64,000 nt of DNA. Origin: an uncultured delta proteobacterium. GTDB taxonomy: Bacteria > Desulfobacterota > Desulfobacteria > Desulfobacterales > Desulfatirhabdiaceae. Below, piece after piece: positions 1 to 9,382 of this stretch (position 1 is its first letter; each line of letters opens with the position of its first letter). A program made the position numbers and the translations under genes. Below the pieces are notes generated by a model. That model worked only from the letters and a program-made list of their open reading frames with translations, made no database searches and had not been told where the DNA came from. Where the stretch lies: the NCBI GenBank assembly GCA_963789395.1, contig CAWBKP010000022.1, positions 224,001 to 288,000 of the forward strand, in the 5' to 3' direction.

Positions 1-528
1 GAAAGGCTGGTCGTTGAAGTGATCGAAGCTGTTGATGCCATTGGTGCCGAGCGCGGTGTCACAATTCCGGTTATTGCCGCCGGCGGCATTTACACGGGAG
101 AGGACATCCGGCGGTTTTTAAAGCTGGGAGCTGCCGGGGTACAGATGGGAACCCGTTTTGTGGCTACCCATGAATGCGATGCAAGCTTGGATTTCAAGAA
201 AACGTATATCGAGGCCAAAAAAGACGATCTGATTATCATCAAGAGTCCGGTGGGAATGCCTGGCCGCGCTCTGCGGAATCAATTTCTGACCGAGGTGGAA
301 AACGGCAACAAGACGCCCTTCACTTGCCCCTATCATTGTATCAAAACCTGTGATCGCACAAAAAGTCCCTATTGCATTGCGCTGGCCCTTGCCGTTGCCC
401 GAAAGGGGAAGTTCAAAAATGGATTTGCCTTTGCCGGCGCCAACGCCTACCGGGTAGACAAGATCATTTCGGTCAAGGAGTTGATCGACTCGTTGCAGGC
501 AGAGTTTTCCCAAGCCTACTGCTGTTGA
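1..528 (+). CDS. Nitronate monooxygenase / FabK-like FMN enzyme, C-terminal part (5' end outside window)
   Basis: IPVIAAGGI...GAAGVQMGTRF...SPVGMPGRA and FAFAGANA motifs; CPYHCIKTC...YCI tail. Confidence 0.85.
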   Translation, partial: ERLVVEVIEAVDAIGAERGVTIPVIAAGGIYTGEDIRRFLKLGAAGVQMGTRFVATHECDASLDFKKTYIEAKKDDLIIIKSPVGMPGRALRNQFLTEVENGNKTPFTCPYHCIKTCDRTKSPYCIALALAVARKGKFKNGFAFAGANAYRVDKIISVKELIDSLQAEFSQAYCC

Positions 529-2138
529 AGCCGCCGCCACAGGGTTGCAGTACTGATGCCGAGTTTCTTTGCCGCTTCATTTCGCCTGTTTCCAGTGATT
601 TCAAGAACCCTGCGTATATAGCGATTTTCGAGTTCTACCAGCGTAGGCTGATCCGCTCCCAATATCGTCAGAGGGTCGGTCGGGTGGGCGGACATGTGAA
701 GGGGCAGGTGTTCGGGCATAATCTGCTCGCTGCCTGCCAGGATCACAGCATATTCAACCCAGTTGGAAAGTTCCCGGACATTACCGGGCCAGAGGTGGGT
801 TTCCATGCATCGCAGGGCTGCGGGCGAGAACCCGCGGCTGTCTTTATTCAAGTTGGATAAAAAATGCCTGGCCAGGATCAGAATATCCTGGCGCCGTTCA
901 CGCAGAGGGCTGATAAACAGTGGAAAAACCGCCAGGCGGTAGTAAAGATCTTCCCTGAATTTGCCCTGTGATATCATTTCCCTCAAGTCCCGGTTGGATG
1001 CGGAAACGATCCGCGCGCGAATCGGAGAAACGGTCAGTCCTCCAACGGGTCTCACTTCTTTTTCCTGTAACGCTCTCAGGAGCTTGGCCTGGAGTTCCGG
1101 AGTAAGTTCCGCCACTTCATCCAGAAAAAGCGTTCCCTCTCCTGCTTCCACAAACAGGCCTTTTTTATCACTGTCCGCTCCGGTGAATGCGCCCTTGACA
1201 TGTCCGAAGAGTTCGGATTCCAAGAGACCCGGCGGCAGCGCCGCACAGTTGATTGCCAGAAATGGATCATTGGCATGTGTCGAGTGCCGGTGAATAAACC
1301 GGGCCATCACTTCTTTTCCCACACCACTTTCCCCCTGGATCAGCACGCTGGACCGGGTAGGAGATACTTTATTTGCCAGAGTTAGCACCCGGGACATGGC
1401 GCTGCTGCGGAAAATGATTTCGCCGTCTGTTTCAACCTGACCCGTCAGCAGGCGCAGGCGGGAAATTTCCGCATTCTGCCGGTGCAGATCTTCACGGGCC
1501 TGACGAAGTTCGGCATTCAACTGAATGAGTTTTTCATCCAGGGGGGGTAAATCGAACCGTTGTTGCAAGTCTTCCGGCCGAAGACCCCACTCCGAAACTG
1601 TCCTGGCTTCGAACTGGCAGTATTCGTGGCCCTGAGCCCGGCAGGAAGTTTCTCTGACGAGCACCTCGCTTCCCAGCACTGCGCTGGCAAAGCCACTGGA
1701 AAGGCCTGCCAGAATATGGCAGACGGGGGCATCTTGCGGTTTAAAATGGGTGAGCCAGTTGACCGATTCAAAGGAATCCCGCCACCTGCCGGCCATTTTC
1801 AGATTTTTTTTCTCGATATCGATTGACATCTCCACGATCTCTTCATGCGCAAGGCCTGCCATGGTCCGCAGAACTGCGCCTGCCTTCAGCCATTCTTCCG
1901 CAGAATCAAAGTCGTAGAGTTCGGAAATGGCGGTCGCGATTCCCAGCCCCGAATCATATCCGAAGCGAGATAATATGATGGCGTCTTTCTCTATTCCCAG
2001 GCTCTGTATCAGATCTTTCTGAAGCCTGGCAAGAGAAGGCATGCCAAACATGACCATCCGGTAATCGCCGAACAGCGGAAATCCTGTGGAGCGATCGATG
2101 CCGATGAGTTCCAGTCGTTCAAGGTCGCAGGCTCGCAA
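516..2138 (-). CDS. Sigma-54-dependent activator, XylR/DmpR type (XylR_N + V4R + AAA+ + Fis HTH)
   Basis: V4R-type VCHILAG...ETSCRAQGHEYCQF; Walker [24 protein letters not shown]-terminal HTH; TTG start after GGGGA. Confidence 0.9.
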   Translation of the reverse strand: MRACDLERLELIGIDRSTGFPLFGDYRMVMFGMPSLARLQKDLIQSLGIEKDAIILSRFGYDSGLGIATAISELYDFDSAEEWLKAGAVLRTMAGLAHEEIVEMSIDIEKKNLKMAGRWRDSFESVNWLTHFKPQDAPVCHILAGLSSGFASAVLGSEVLVRETSCRAQGHEYCQFEARTVSEWGLRPEDLQQRFDLPPLDEKLIQLNAELRQAREDLHRQNAEISRLRLLTGQVETDGEIIFRSSAMSRVLTLANKVSPTRSSVLIQGESGVGKEVMARFIHRHSTHANDPFLAINCAALPPGLLESELFGHVKGAFTGADSDKKGLFVEAGEGTLFLDEVAELTPELQAKLLRALQEKEVRPVGGLTVSPIRARIVSASNRDLREMISQGKFREDLYYRLAVFPLFISPLRERRQDILILARHFLSNLNKDSRGFSPAALRCMETHLWPGNVRELSNWVEYAVILAGSEQIMPEHLPLHMSAHPTDPLTILGADQPTLVELENRYIRRVLEITGNRRNEAAKKLGISTATLWRRLQQQ

Positions 2139-2297
2139 TTATCCCCCATACGCTGATTAAAGAATTTTGAGCACGATTGTTGAATCGATATTACAATTTG
2201 AAATGAAACATATCAATATGAAATAACATTTAATCCCAATATCTGCATAAACGATATAACTACTTGATAATAAATATATTTAATATATTAAAGTGTC

Positions 2298-2313
2298 TGG
2301 CACAGCCATTGCT
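2298..2313 (+). promoter_or_regulatory. Sigma-54 (-24/-12) promoter
   Basis: TGGCAC-agcca-TTGCT with exact GG-N10-GC spacing, divergent from an enhancer-binding protein gene, AT-rich upstream. Confidence 0.85.
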
Positions 2314-2425
2314 GTAAGTGTAAAAAACAAGAATTTGCATCAACGCCTTGTAATGAAACAGCGCTTTTACATTAAAATCGGCATTGAAGTTATTGCACTA
2401 ACCATTCAGCAAAAGGAAGTGGATC

Positions 2426-2737
2426 ATGAGAAAAAGAATCATATCTTTGGGAATTTTGTCAATCATGCTGGTTGTCGGAGTTGTCTGTTTTTCCCCTGAA
2501 GAAAGCAGGGCAAATGATTTTATGAACTGCTGGAGTGAATCGTATTTTGAACATCATCCTGATGACGGTTCAACAGTTGACCGATAAATACGGCTAACCC
2601 CAGAAAAATTGTTGATCTGGAAGGCGGCAAAAAAGAATATGTGTACAAAAAATTTGGAAAAGATTCGATGCTGGAAAGTACCCGTCATTTTATCATTAAA
2701 GACGAAAAAGTGGTGAAAGGCTTTTACGAAAGATTAA
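2426..2737 (+). CDS. Small secreted protein (53 aa as written, stop at 2587; about 102 aa if three single-base insertions are removed)
   Basis: RBS-like AAGGAAG; signal peptide MRKRIISLGILSIMLVVGVVCFSPEESRA; frame-corrected continuation LMTVQQLTDKYGNPRKIVDLEGGKKEYVYKKFGKD...KGFYED*. Confidence 0.6.
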
Positions 2738-2805
2738 CCGCCGATCATAGTCCTGGTTCAGGATTGGCGCATCCAGCCGGGAAAACTATATCGAATGTAA
2801 CTTGT

Positions 2806-2844
2806 CGAAAAGGCGGGTTCTGAAAAACCGAACCCGCCTTTTCG
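2806..2844. terminator. Terminator-like hairpin
   Basis: 15-bp perfect inverted repeat CGAAAAGGCGGGTTC/GAACCCGCCTTTTCG. Confidence 0.75.
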
Positions 2845-3057
2845 GTGTTGTTGATATGCCGATATCCCTCTTCTCGTTGCTACCCAGAATCGCTTCTGTT
2901 TTCTCTGCCAGAGCGCATATTCAGGATATGATATTAGTTACTTCTTTTATTCTGTAACCCTTTTAACATATCCGATTCATTATCAAAAAAACATAAGCTT
3001 CGAGCCTGTTGAAGTCGTAAATGATTTGCGGCATGAATATTTATTGATGGAGGATGC

Positions 3058-4032
3058 ATGCAGACGGATATTTCAAGAAGACAGTTTTTCAAAAATGGCG
3101 CGCTTGCGGCTGCAACGCTTGCGGTTTCAAATGTGCCGCAGGTGTTGGCCTCGCAGCAGGAAACAGACCGGCAGCTGACCACCCTGATCGATATTTCCCG
3201 CTGCATTGGATGCGAGGCTTGTGTGGATGCCTGCAAGGAAAGCAATGAAGCCAAATTTCCCGACCCGGTAAAGCCCTTTCCAAAAATGGTTCCCGCACGG
3301 GTAAAAGTTGAAGACTGGTCGAACCAAAAAGATGTCCGGGATCGCCTGACTCCTTACAACTGGCTCTTTATTCAACATGCGGTGGTGCAAACGGACAGTG
3401 GTGAAAAAGAGATCACAATTCCGCGCCGCTGCATGCACTGCGTGAATCCTCCCTGCGTGAAACTCTGCCCCTGGGGTGCCGCCATTCAGCAGAAAAACGG
3501 TATTTCCCGCATGGATCCGGATCTGTGTCTGGGCGGTGCCAAATGCAAGAATGTCTGCCCCTGGAAGATCCCTCAACGCCAGACAGGAGCCGGGTTGTAC
3601 CTGGACATTCTGCCGTCTCTGGCCGGAAACGGGGTGATGAATAAGTGCGACCGCTGTTATGACAGGATCGCCAAAGGTGGGATTCCGGCCTGCATCGAGG
3701 CCTGCCCCGAGCAGGTACAAAGCATCGGCCCCCGCAGGGAGATCCTGCAACAGGCCCATGAACTGGCATCATCCAAGAACGGATTTATTTACGGCGAGAC
3801 GGAAAACGGCGGGACCAATACCATCTATGTTTCTCCGGTTCCCTTTGAAACGCTGAACCAGGCCATCGACAAAGGCCAGGGAAGGCCGGGCCTGAAAAAA
3901 GCAAAAGATGAAATGTCCGAAGCCAATACCCTGGCCGCGGCTCTCGTGATTGCCCCGATCGCAGGCCTTGTATCCGCCATTGGCAGGTATTACAACTCAG
4001 TGAAAAAACATGCCTCGGGAGGTCCGTCATGA
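3058..4032 (+). CDS. Tat-exported 4Fe-4S protein (FdnH/HybA/DmsB-like) with C-terminal membrane anchor
   Basis: SRRQFFK Tat motif; CIGCEACVDAC, CMHCVNPPCVKLCP, CLGGAKCKNVCP, KCDRC...PACIEACP; hydrophobic tail. Confidence 0.88.
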   Translation: MQTDISRRQFFKNGALAAATLAVSNVPQVLASQQETDRQLTTLIDISRCIGCEACVDACKESNEAKFPDPVKPFPKMVPARVKVEDWSNQKDVRDRLTPYNWLFIQHAVVQTDSGEKEITIPRRCMHCVNPPCVKLCPWGAAIQQKNGISRMDPDLCLGGAKCKNVCPWKIPQRQTGAGLYLDILPSLAGNGVMNKCDRCYDRIAKGGIPACIEACPEQVQSIGPRREILQQAHELASSKNGFIYGETENGGTNTIYVSPVPFETLNQAIDKGQGRPGLKKAKDEMSEANTLAAALVIAPIAGLVSAIGRYYNSVKKHASGGPS

Positions 4033-4499
4033 ATCCTCAATCAATCGCCATCCATCCCGGCAGCCGCCGAAAAACCATGTATCTGATCACCCTGTTTGTC
4101 ATTACGCTTACCGGCTTTGCCCAGATGCCCATATTCAAGCGCTACTATATTGCCGATATTCCCGGTCTGGGATGGCTGGATGAATTCTACGTTACCCATT
4201 ATCTGCATTATCTGGCGGCAGCCGTGCTGCTGGCCCTGGTGTTTGACGGGGCTGCCGGATATCTGCTGATGTTTCGAAAGCATTACCGCATTACGGTTGC
4301 CGGCGGTATCCGGAGCGTGGTGTTATCCGGCCTGATTGTGACTGGTGCTTTGATGGCGGTGAAAAATTTTTCCGGGTACTGGTTTTCGCAGCATGCGATC
4401 ATTACGATAGATATCCTGCATATTGCACTGACGGTCTTTTATCTTTCCGTAGCGCTGTGGACACTCGTTTCCGGGAAAAAATGGATTGAAAAAATCTGA
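4029..4499 (+). CDS. Membrane partner with about 4 TM helices, cytochrome b-like
   Basis: LTGFAQMPIFKRYYIAD, His in TM segments (HYLHY, LHIAL); ATGA overlap with Fe-S gene. Confidence 0.7.
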   Translation: MNPQSIAIHPGSRRKTMYLITLFVITLTGFAQMPIFKRYYIADIPGLGWLDEFYVTHYLHYLAAAVLLALVFDGAAGYLLMFRKHYRITVAGGIRSVVLSGLIVTGALMAVKNFSGYWFSQHAIITIDILHIALTVFYLSVALWTLVSGKKWIEKI

Positions 4500-4525
4500 G
4501 GGGTCTGATGTCGCGCCCGCAGAAT

Positions 4526-4554
4526 GCTTGCCTGGCCCCCCGGGCCAGGCAAGC
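4526..4554. terminator. Hairpin between convergent genes
   Basis: GCTTGCCTGGCCC-ccc-GGGCCAGGCAAGC, 13-bp perfect stem. Confidence 0.65.
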
Positions 4555-4563
4555 CGTGACAGG

Positions 4564-5942
4564 CTAAAAAATCTTGTCCCGGGTTCATCAACCACTTGGG
4601 GTCGATCGTCTCCTTGATCTGGCGCATGAGATCATAGCTCTCTCCGTGTTCGAGCTGCATGAACTTGCGCTTTCCGATGCCCACCCCATGCTCGCCCGTG
4701 CAGGTACCCCCCACTTGGACGGCTCTTTCCACGATGGCATGATTAATGGCCTCCAGCTTTGACCATTCCACTGGTTCCGCCGGGTCCCCCACAAGCACGA
4801 CATGCAGATTGCCGTCGCCTGCGTGCCCGAAAACATAGCCGATGGCGCGGTATTCGTCCACAATCTTCTGCGAAAACACGACGATTTCGGGATAGCAGGA
4901 GATCGGAACCGCTGCGTCGACGATCAGGGTTTGCTTTTTCGGGTGGGCGCGATGGATGGTCTCCCACGCCTCGTGGCGCGCGCGCCACAGGTCCTTGCGG
5001 GCGCCCTCTTCGGTTTCGAAGGTAAAGCCGATCGCTCCGCAGTCTTCGCATACTTCCCTGGCAAGATCGGCAGTTTCCTGGAGAACGGTTTTGCTGATGC
5101 CGTGAAATTCGCAGAAAAGGGATGGCTCCTCGGCAAGGCCAAGATGTTTTTCCCGGTTCATCAACTGGATCAAGCCGGGCGGCAGCAGCTCCAGGGCGGC
5201 AGGTCCCAGGCCCGAGCCGATCATTAGGGCTACGGCCCGGGATGCGCTTTCCAGATCCTTGAATCGAATGGTTGCGGCCAGAAAATGACTGGGAATGCCG
5301 GTCAGGCGAAGCGTTGCCTCGGTAACGATTCCCAGGGTTCCCTCGGATCCCACAAAGAGACGCGTCAGGTCGTAGCCGGATGAAGATTTGGGCGCTTTGC
5401 AGCCCGTGTGGATGATTCCACCCTGAGGCAGCACCACTGTCAGGCGCATGATGTAATCCTTGGTGGCCCCGTATTTTACGGTCTGAACTCCGGATGCGTT
5501 ATTGGCGATCATGCCGCCGATGGTGGCGTCGGCCCCCGGATCCGGCGGGAAAAAAAGACCATGCTTACCGGCCTGCCGGTTCAGTTCCTTTCGAAGGACG
5601 CCGGGTTCCACATCGGCTTGAAGGTCCTGGGGGCGAATGTCGCAGGATACGGTTCATCTGGGTCAGATCCACCACGAGTCCGCCCCGGGTGGGAACAGGG
5701 TTGCCCTCGGTGCTGGTGCCGGCCCCCCAGGGGGTGACGGGGACATCGTTGGCATATGCCCACGACAAAATGCGGGATACCTCATCGGTTGTAAGCGGCC
5801 AGATAATTCCGGCCGGAAGCGTTCCCGGGTGGGATGAAATGTCGTGGCGGTGAAGCTCCCGGTTGGACTGTCCGGTGGAGAAGCGGTCCGAATCAACAAT
5901 GGCTGACAGATCGGCGATATTCCGGGGAGTGAACGTTTCCAT
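4564..5942 (-). CDS. FAD-linked 2-hydroxyacid oxidoreductase (GlcD / D-lactate dehydrogenase family); frameshifts near 5642 and 4577
   Basis: PWGAGTS, FPPDPG, ATIGGMIANNASG, HAGDGNLH, TGEHGVG; corrected end MNPGKIF*. Confidence 0.88.
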
Positions 5943-6130
5943 ATTCTCATAATCCTTGTTATGGTAATCAATATAGCGGCAAAGTCACTGGTCTAAAATT
6001 CCCCGCTTTGGAAAAGAGGGCCAGTAGAATTTGGGTAATAAAATGAAAATAGTTATAAAACAATAAAACTGACACAGATGTTACATGCTTTATTTTGATA
6101 AATTGCCGGCTTCGGAACCGGCAGGGCGCA

Positions 6131-7435
6131 TCAGTGGTAGATCAGTGACGGCAGCCACAATGTCATGGGCGGCCAGAAGCAGGCAATCAGCAGCGCTGCC
6201 ACGGCTGCGGCAACCAGCGGCATGACGGCACGGCTCACTTCCCCCAACGGCGCACCGGAGATCCCGCAGCTCACGAACAGGCAGATCCCTACGGGCGGAG
6301 TCAACATGCCCATGGCCAAATTGATGACCATCAGGACCCCGAACTGAACCGGATCAACGCCCATCTGAGGCGTCAGCACAGCCAGGACAGGAACCAGCAG
6401 TATCAGAGCTGCCGTGGTTTCCATGACACAGCCGACGACAAGAAGGCTTGCCATGACAAGCAGCAGCAGTCCCCAGGGCGGCAGGCCCAGCGCGGTAACC
6501 GCAGCGCCGACAAGCTGGGTCGTCTGTTTCATGGCCACCAGCCAGGTAAAGACCTTTGCCATGGCAATAATAAATAGGATGGTGGCTGCGGTGATCTGCG
6601 AACGGACGATGAGATCCGGCATTTCCTGCCACGTCAGCTCGCGGTTGAAGACCATACTTACGAGAAGGGCGTAGAAGACGGCCAGCGCGGCAGCCTCGGT
6701 GACCGTGACGATCCCCGACAGAATCCCGCCAAGCACGATGACGGGAGCGCCAAGCGCCCAAATCGCATTTTTCAGGGACATCCACATCCGACGCAGCGAA
6801 AAATGCTGGCGGTGCCCGTAATCCTTATGCCAGCATATCCAGATCGACACGGCCATGAAGGAACACCCAAAGAGAATACCCACCATCATCCCGCCGGCAA
6901 AAAGCCTGGCGATGGAGACATTGGTCAGAAAGCCGAAAATCACCATGGGAATGGATGGCGGGATAATGACGCCGATAGCGCCACCCGCGGCGACCACGGC
7001 GGCGGCAAAAGCCGGCGGATAGCCCTGCCGGATCATGGCGGGGATGACGACCGCGCCAATGGCAGCGGTGTCTGCAGCGGCGGATCCGGAAATACCGGCA
7101 AAGAACATGGAGGCGACAATGCAGGCGCATGCCAGGCCGCCAGGGACCCAGCCCACCAGGCTGTCCGAAAAATCAATGAGCTGCCGAGATATTCCCCCGG
7201 TCTCCATGATGGCGCCTGCCAGCATGAACAACGGCACGGCCAGAAGATCGAATGAATCCACACCGGCAAACAGAAGCTGCACGATTGTCTGCCCCAGTGC
7301 CGACAGCTGAACGCCGGCAGGGAAAACGCCGGGAGTCAGCATGAGGCCAATGGCCGGAAGACCTATGGATAAAGCGATCGGAAGCCCCAGGGCGATCAGC
7401 AGGAAAAGAAGCGCAAAAAGTAGAACAACCGTCAT
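6131..7435 (-). CDS. dctM: TRAP transporter large permease
   Basis: FAGISGSAAAD, IIPPSIPM, TPPVG; many TM helices. Confidence 0.93.
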   Translation of the reverse strand: MTVVLLFALLFLLIALGLPIALSIGLPAIGLMLTPGVFPAGVQLSALGQTIVQLLFAGVDSFDLLAVPLFMLAGAIMETGGISRQLIDFSDSLVGWVPGGLACACIVASMFFAGISGSAAADTAAIGAVVIPAMIRQGYPPAFAAAVVAAGGAIGVIIPPSIPMVIFGFLTNVSIARLFAGGMMVGILFGCSFMAVSIWICWHKDYGHRQHFSLRRMWMSLKNAIWALGAPVIVLGGILSGIVTVTEAAALAVFYALLVSMVFNRELTWQEMPDLIVRSQITAATILFIIAMAKVFTWLVAMKQTTQLVGAAVTALGLPPWGLLLLVMASLLVVGCVMETTAALILLVPVLAVLTPQMGVDPVQFGVLMVINLAMGMLTPPVGICLFVSCGISGAPLGEVSRAVMPLVAAAVAALLIACFWPPMTLWLPSLIYH

Positions 7436-7911
7436 TGTGCTCCCCGTTCAAAAGTCGTTGCCATGTCTGCCAGCACATGCACGATAAACACCATGGCAGA
7501 TACGGGGATAACGGCAAAGGGGATCGACATGGGAATCTGCAAGGAGGCGGTGGTATGCTCCCATGCCGTGATCGTATATGCCGTTCCAAACCAGGCAAGG
7601 ATGCAAAAGCAGCCAAGGGTTGCTACCTGCAGGGAGACAACGATTAATTGCTGTGCGGACCGGCCCAGGCTGTGCCCGATACCCTTGAGCCCGATGAAGC
7701 TCATCCGTTTATAGGCTGCCGTCCCGCCGAGAAAGGTGATGGCTACAAGCAGATGACGGCTTACTTCCTCGGACCAGCCGAGAGAAGCACCAATATAGCG
7801 GAAGATCACCTGCGCAAAGAGAATGAGGCAAATGCTCCCGCCGATCACCATAAGGAGTTTCTCAACGATGGTATTGATCCACCGGCTTATCTGTTGCATC
7901 CGTTTTGTCAT
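7432..7911 (-). CDS. dctQ: TRAP transporter small permease
   Basis: QVIFRY...WSEEVSR; 4 TM; between dctP and dctM. Confidence 0.9.
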   Translation of the reverse strand: MTKRMQQISRWINTIVEKLLMVIGGSICLILFAQVIFRYIGASLGWSEEVSRHLLVAITFLGGTAAYKRMSFIGLKGIGHSLGRSAQQLIVVSLQVATLGCFCILAWFGTAYTITAWEHTTASLQIPMSIPFAVIPVSAMVFIVHVLADMATTFERGAQ

Positions 7912-7953
7912 GATTTACTGTCCTATCTCCGGGTAGGGGGTGGAACCCGTGCC

Positions 7954-8934
7954 TTACTTGACCAGTTTGCGAATGTCTTCGACAATTTTCTTCGTATCTC
8001 CGGTGGCTGAGTCCACAACAGGCGCTGTTGCCTTCCGGAAGGCTTCGATGTCGGGATGCTCCTCGATCTGCATGCCGGCAGCCTTGAGCTCCGCCAGTTG
8101 CTTTGCTTCGTTGTCACGGATAAAATCGCGTCCTTTGAGGGAGGCCGTGCGTGCCGCATCCATGATGATCTTGCGGTCCGCTTCGGGCAGATTGTCCATG
8201 AAGGACTTGTTGGACACAAAGACCAGGGCCGAGTATACATGCCGGGTAAGGGAAAGGTATTTCTGCCCGGCCTCAAGAAGTTTGGCCGCATAAATCACTG
8301 CGATCGGGTTTTCCTGCCCGTCGATGACTCCCTGCTGGAGTGCGGTAAAGATGGGCCAGGCCATGGGGGTTGGATTGGCGCCGATTGCGCGCCAGATGGC
8401 CAGATGGGTGGGTGACTCCATGGTGCGGATTTTCAGACCCTTGGCATCTTCCGGCGTTTTGATGGGGTGTTTGGAGTTGGTTACATTTCGAAATCCGTTG
8501 TCCAGAAAATGGAGTGCTACGAAACCGGCTTTTTCAAACCGTACGGCAAAATCCTGGCCGATCGGTCCGTCCAGCGCCTTGTCGGCAGCTTCATAGGATG
8601 GGAACAGAAAAGGCATTTCCAGCGCCTTGATCTCAGGGACGAAAGACTCGATGGGGCCGGTGGTGCATACGGACATCTGCGTGGTGCCAAGCTGAATCTG
8701 CTGCAGGGCCTGGGTTTCGCTTCCCAGCGCGGCCGAGTGATGGACAATTATCTTGTATTTTCCGGGAAGTGCCTTATCGATCTCTTCCTTGAACCAGACC
8801 GCCGCCCGGGTGTGCACCAATTCCGGGTTGGTGACGATGGCAATGTTTATCTCGGTTTCGGCCAGGGCCATGCCGGTAAACCCGGTCAGATAAGCAGCAA
8901 TGATGAATACAACCATAAGCATACGCATACGCAT
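7954..8934 (-). CDS. dctP: TRAP substrate-binding protein
   Basis: Signal peptide; NGFRN, GLKIRTM, ALQQGVIDGQENP. Confidence 0.93.
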   Translation of the reverse strand: MRMRMLMVVFIIAAYLTGFTGMALAETEINIAIVTNPELVHTRAAVWFKEEIDKALPGKYKIIVHHSAALGSETQALQQIQLGTTQMSVCTTGPIESFVPEIKALEMPFLFPSYEAADKALDGPIGQDFAVRFEKAGFVALHFLDNGFRNVTNSKHPIKTPEDAKGLKIRTMESPTHLAIWRAIGANPTPMAWPIFTALQQGVIDGQENPIAVIYAAKLLEAGQKYLSLTRHVYSALVFVSNKSFMDNLPEADRKIIMDAARTASLKGRDFIRDNEAKQLAELKAAGMQIEEHPDIEAFRKATAPVVDSATGDTKKIVEDIRKLVK

Positions 8935-9080
8935 AAAATCTCTCCTTTTTGAAAAAAATAAGTGATGGAAACGAGTTCTTCCGCTATCAGCCTTGCTTGA
9001 TATGATAGGTAATTGAGGGCACTCCCGTTGTCAACACAAAACTGGAAATTGGGTATTAGAGATATAGACAATAATCGCGT

Positions 9081-9132
9081 GTACGCTGTGGAAAGGTGCT
9101 GTTTTCCAGCGGGTGCAAATCCTGTTCGGCAA
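9081..9132 (+). mobile_element. Possible 5' remnant of a group II intron
   Basis: GTACGCTGTGGAAAGGTGCTG...CCAGCGGGTGCAAATCCTGTTCGGCAA resembles, from memory, GUGCG-started intron 5' ends; no RT ORF or domain V seen. Confidence 0.4.
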
Positions 9133-9382
9133 CAATATAAGGAAAGGTGGCTCAGCTCAAGATCAACGCGACATGTGTAAAGCAACAGGAAGAAAGGGCG
9201 AGTTGAAAACGCCGGTAAGTGTTCAGAAACTGCGGACGGCCTACATGCCAAAGCCCGCTTCATGCGGCCGCTCTGTGGGTGGAGATTTGCTTTCGATTTC
9301 AGCCATGAGGCAAAAACGTCCCGCCGGCAAGAACCCCCTGGAAGGACGTTTTTTCGTTAATAGCCCTCTGGTTTAACTGCGA

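Noticed and set aside
2552..2572. HHPDDGS in the 53-aa ORF resembles HHPCDPS in the repeat protein at 11673-12113, both behind sigma-54-like sites
   Set aside because: PDDGS probably arises from a frameshift error; the shifted frame gives a more protein-like sequence, so the match is likely coincidence
4439..4563. C-terminal extension of the GlcD-like ORF overlapping the opposite gene
   Set aside because: Due to an extra base in the conserved MNPGKIF* ending; it reads through a terminator hairpin
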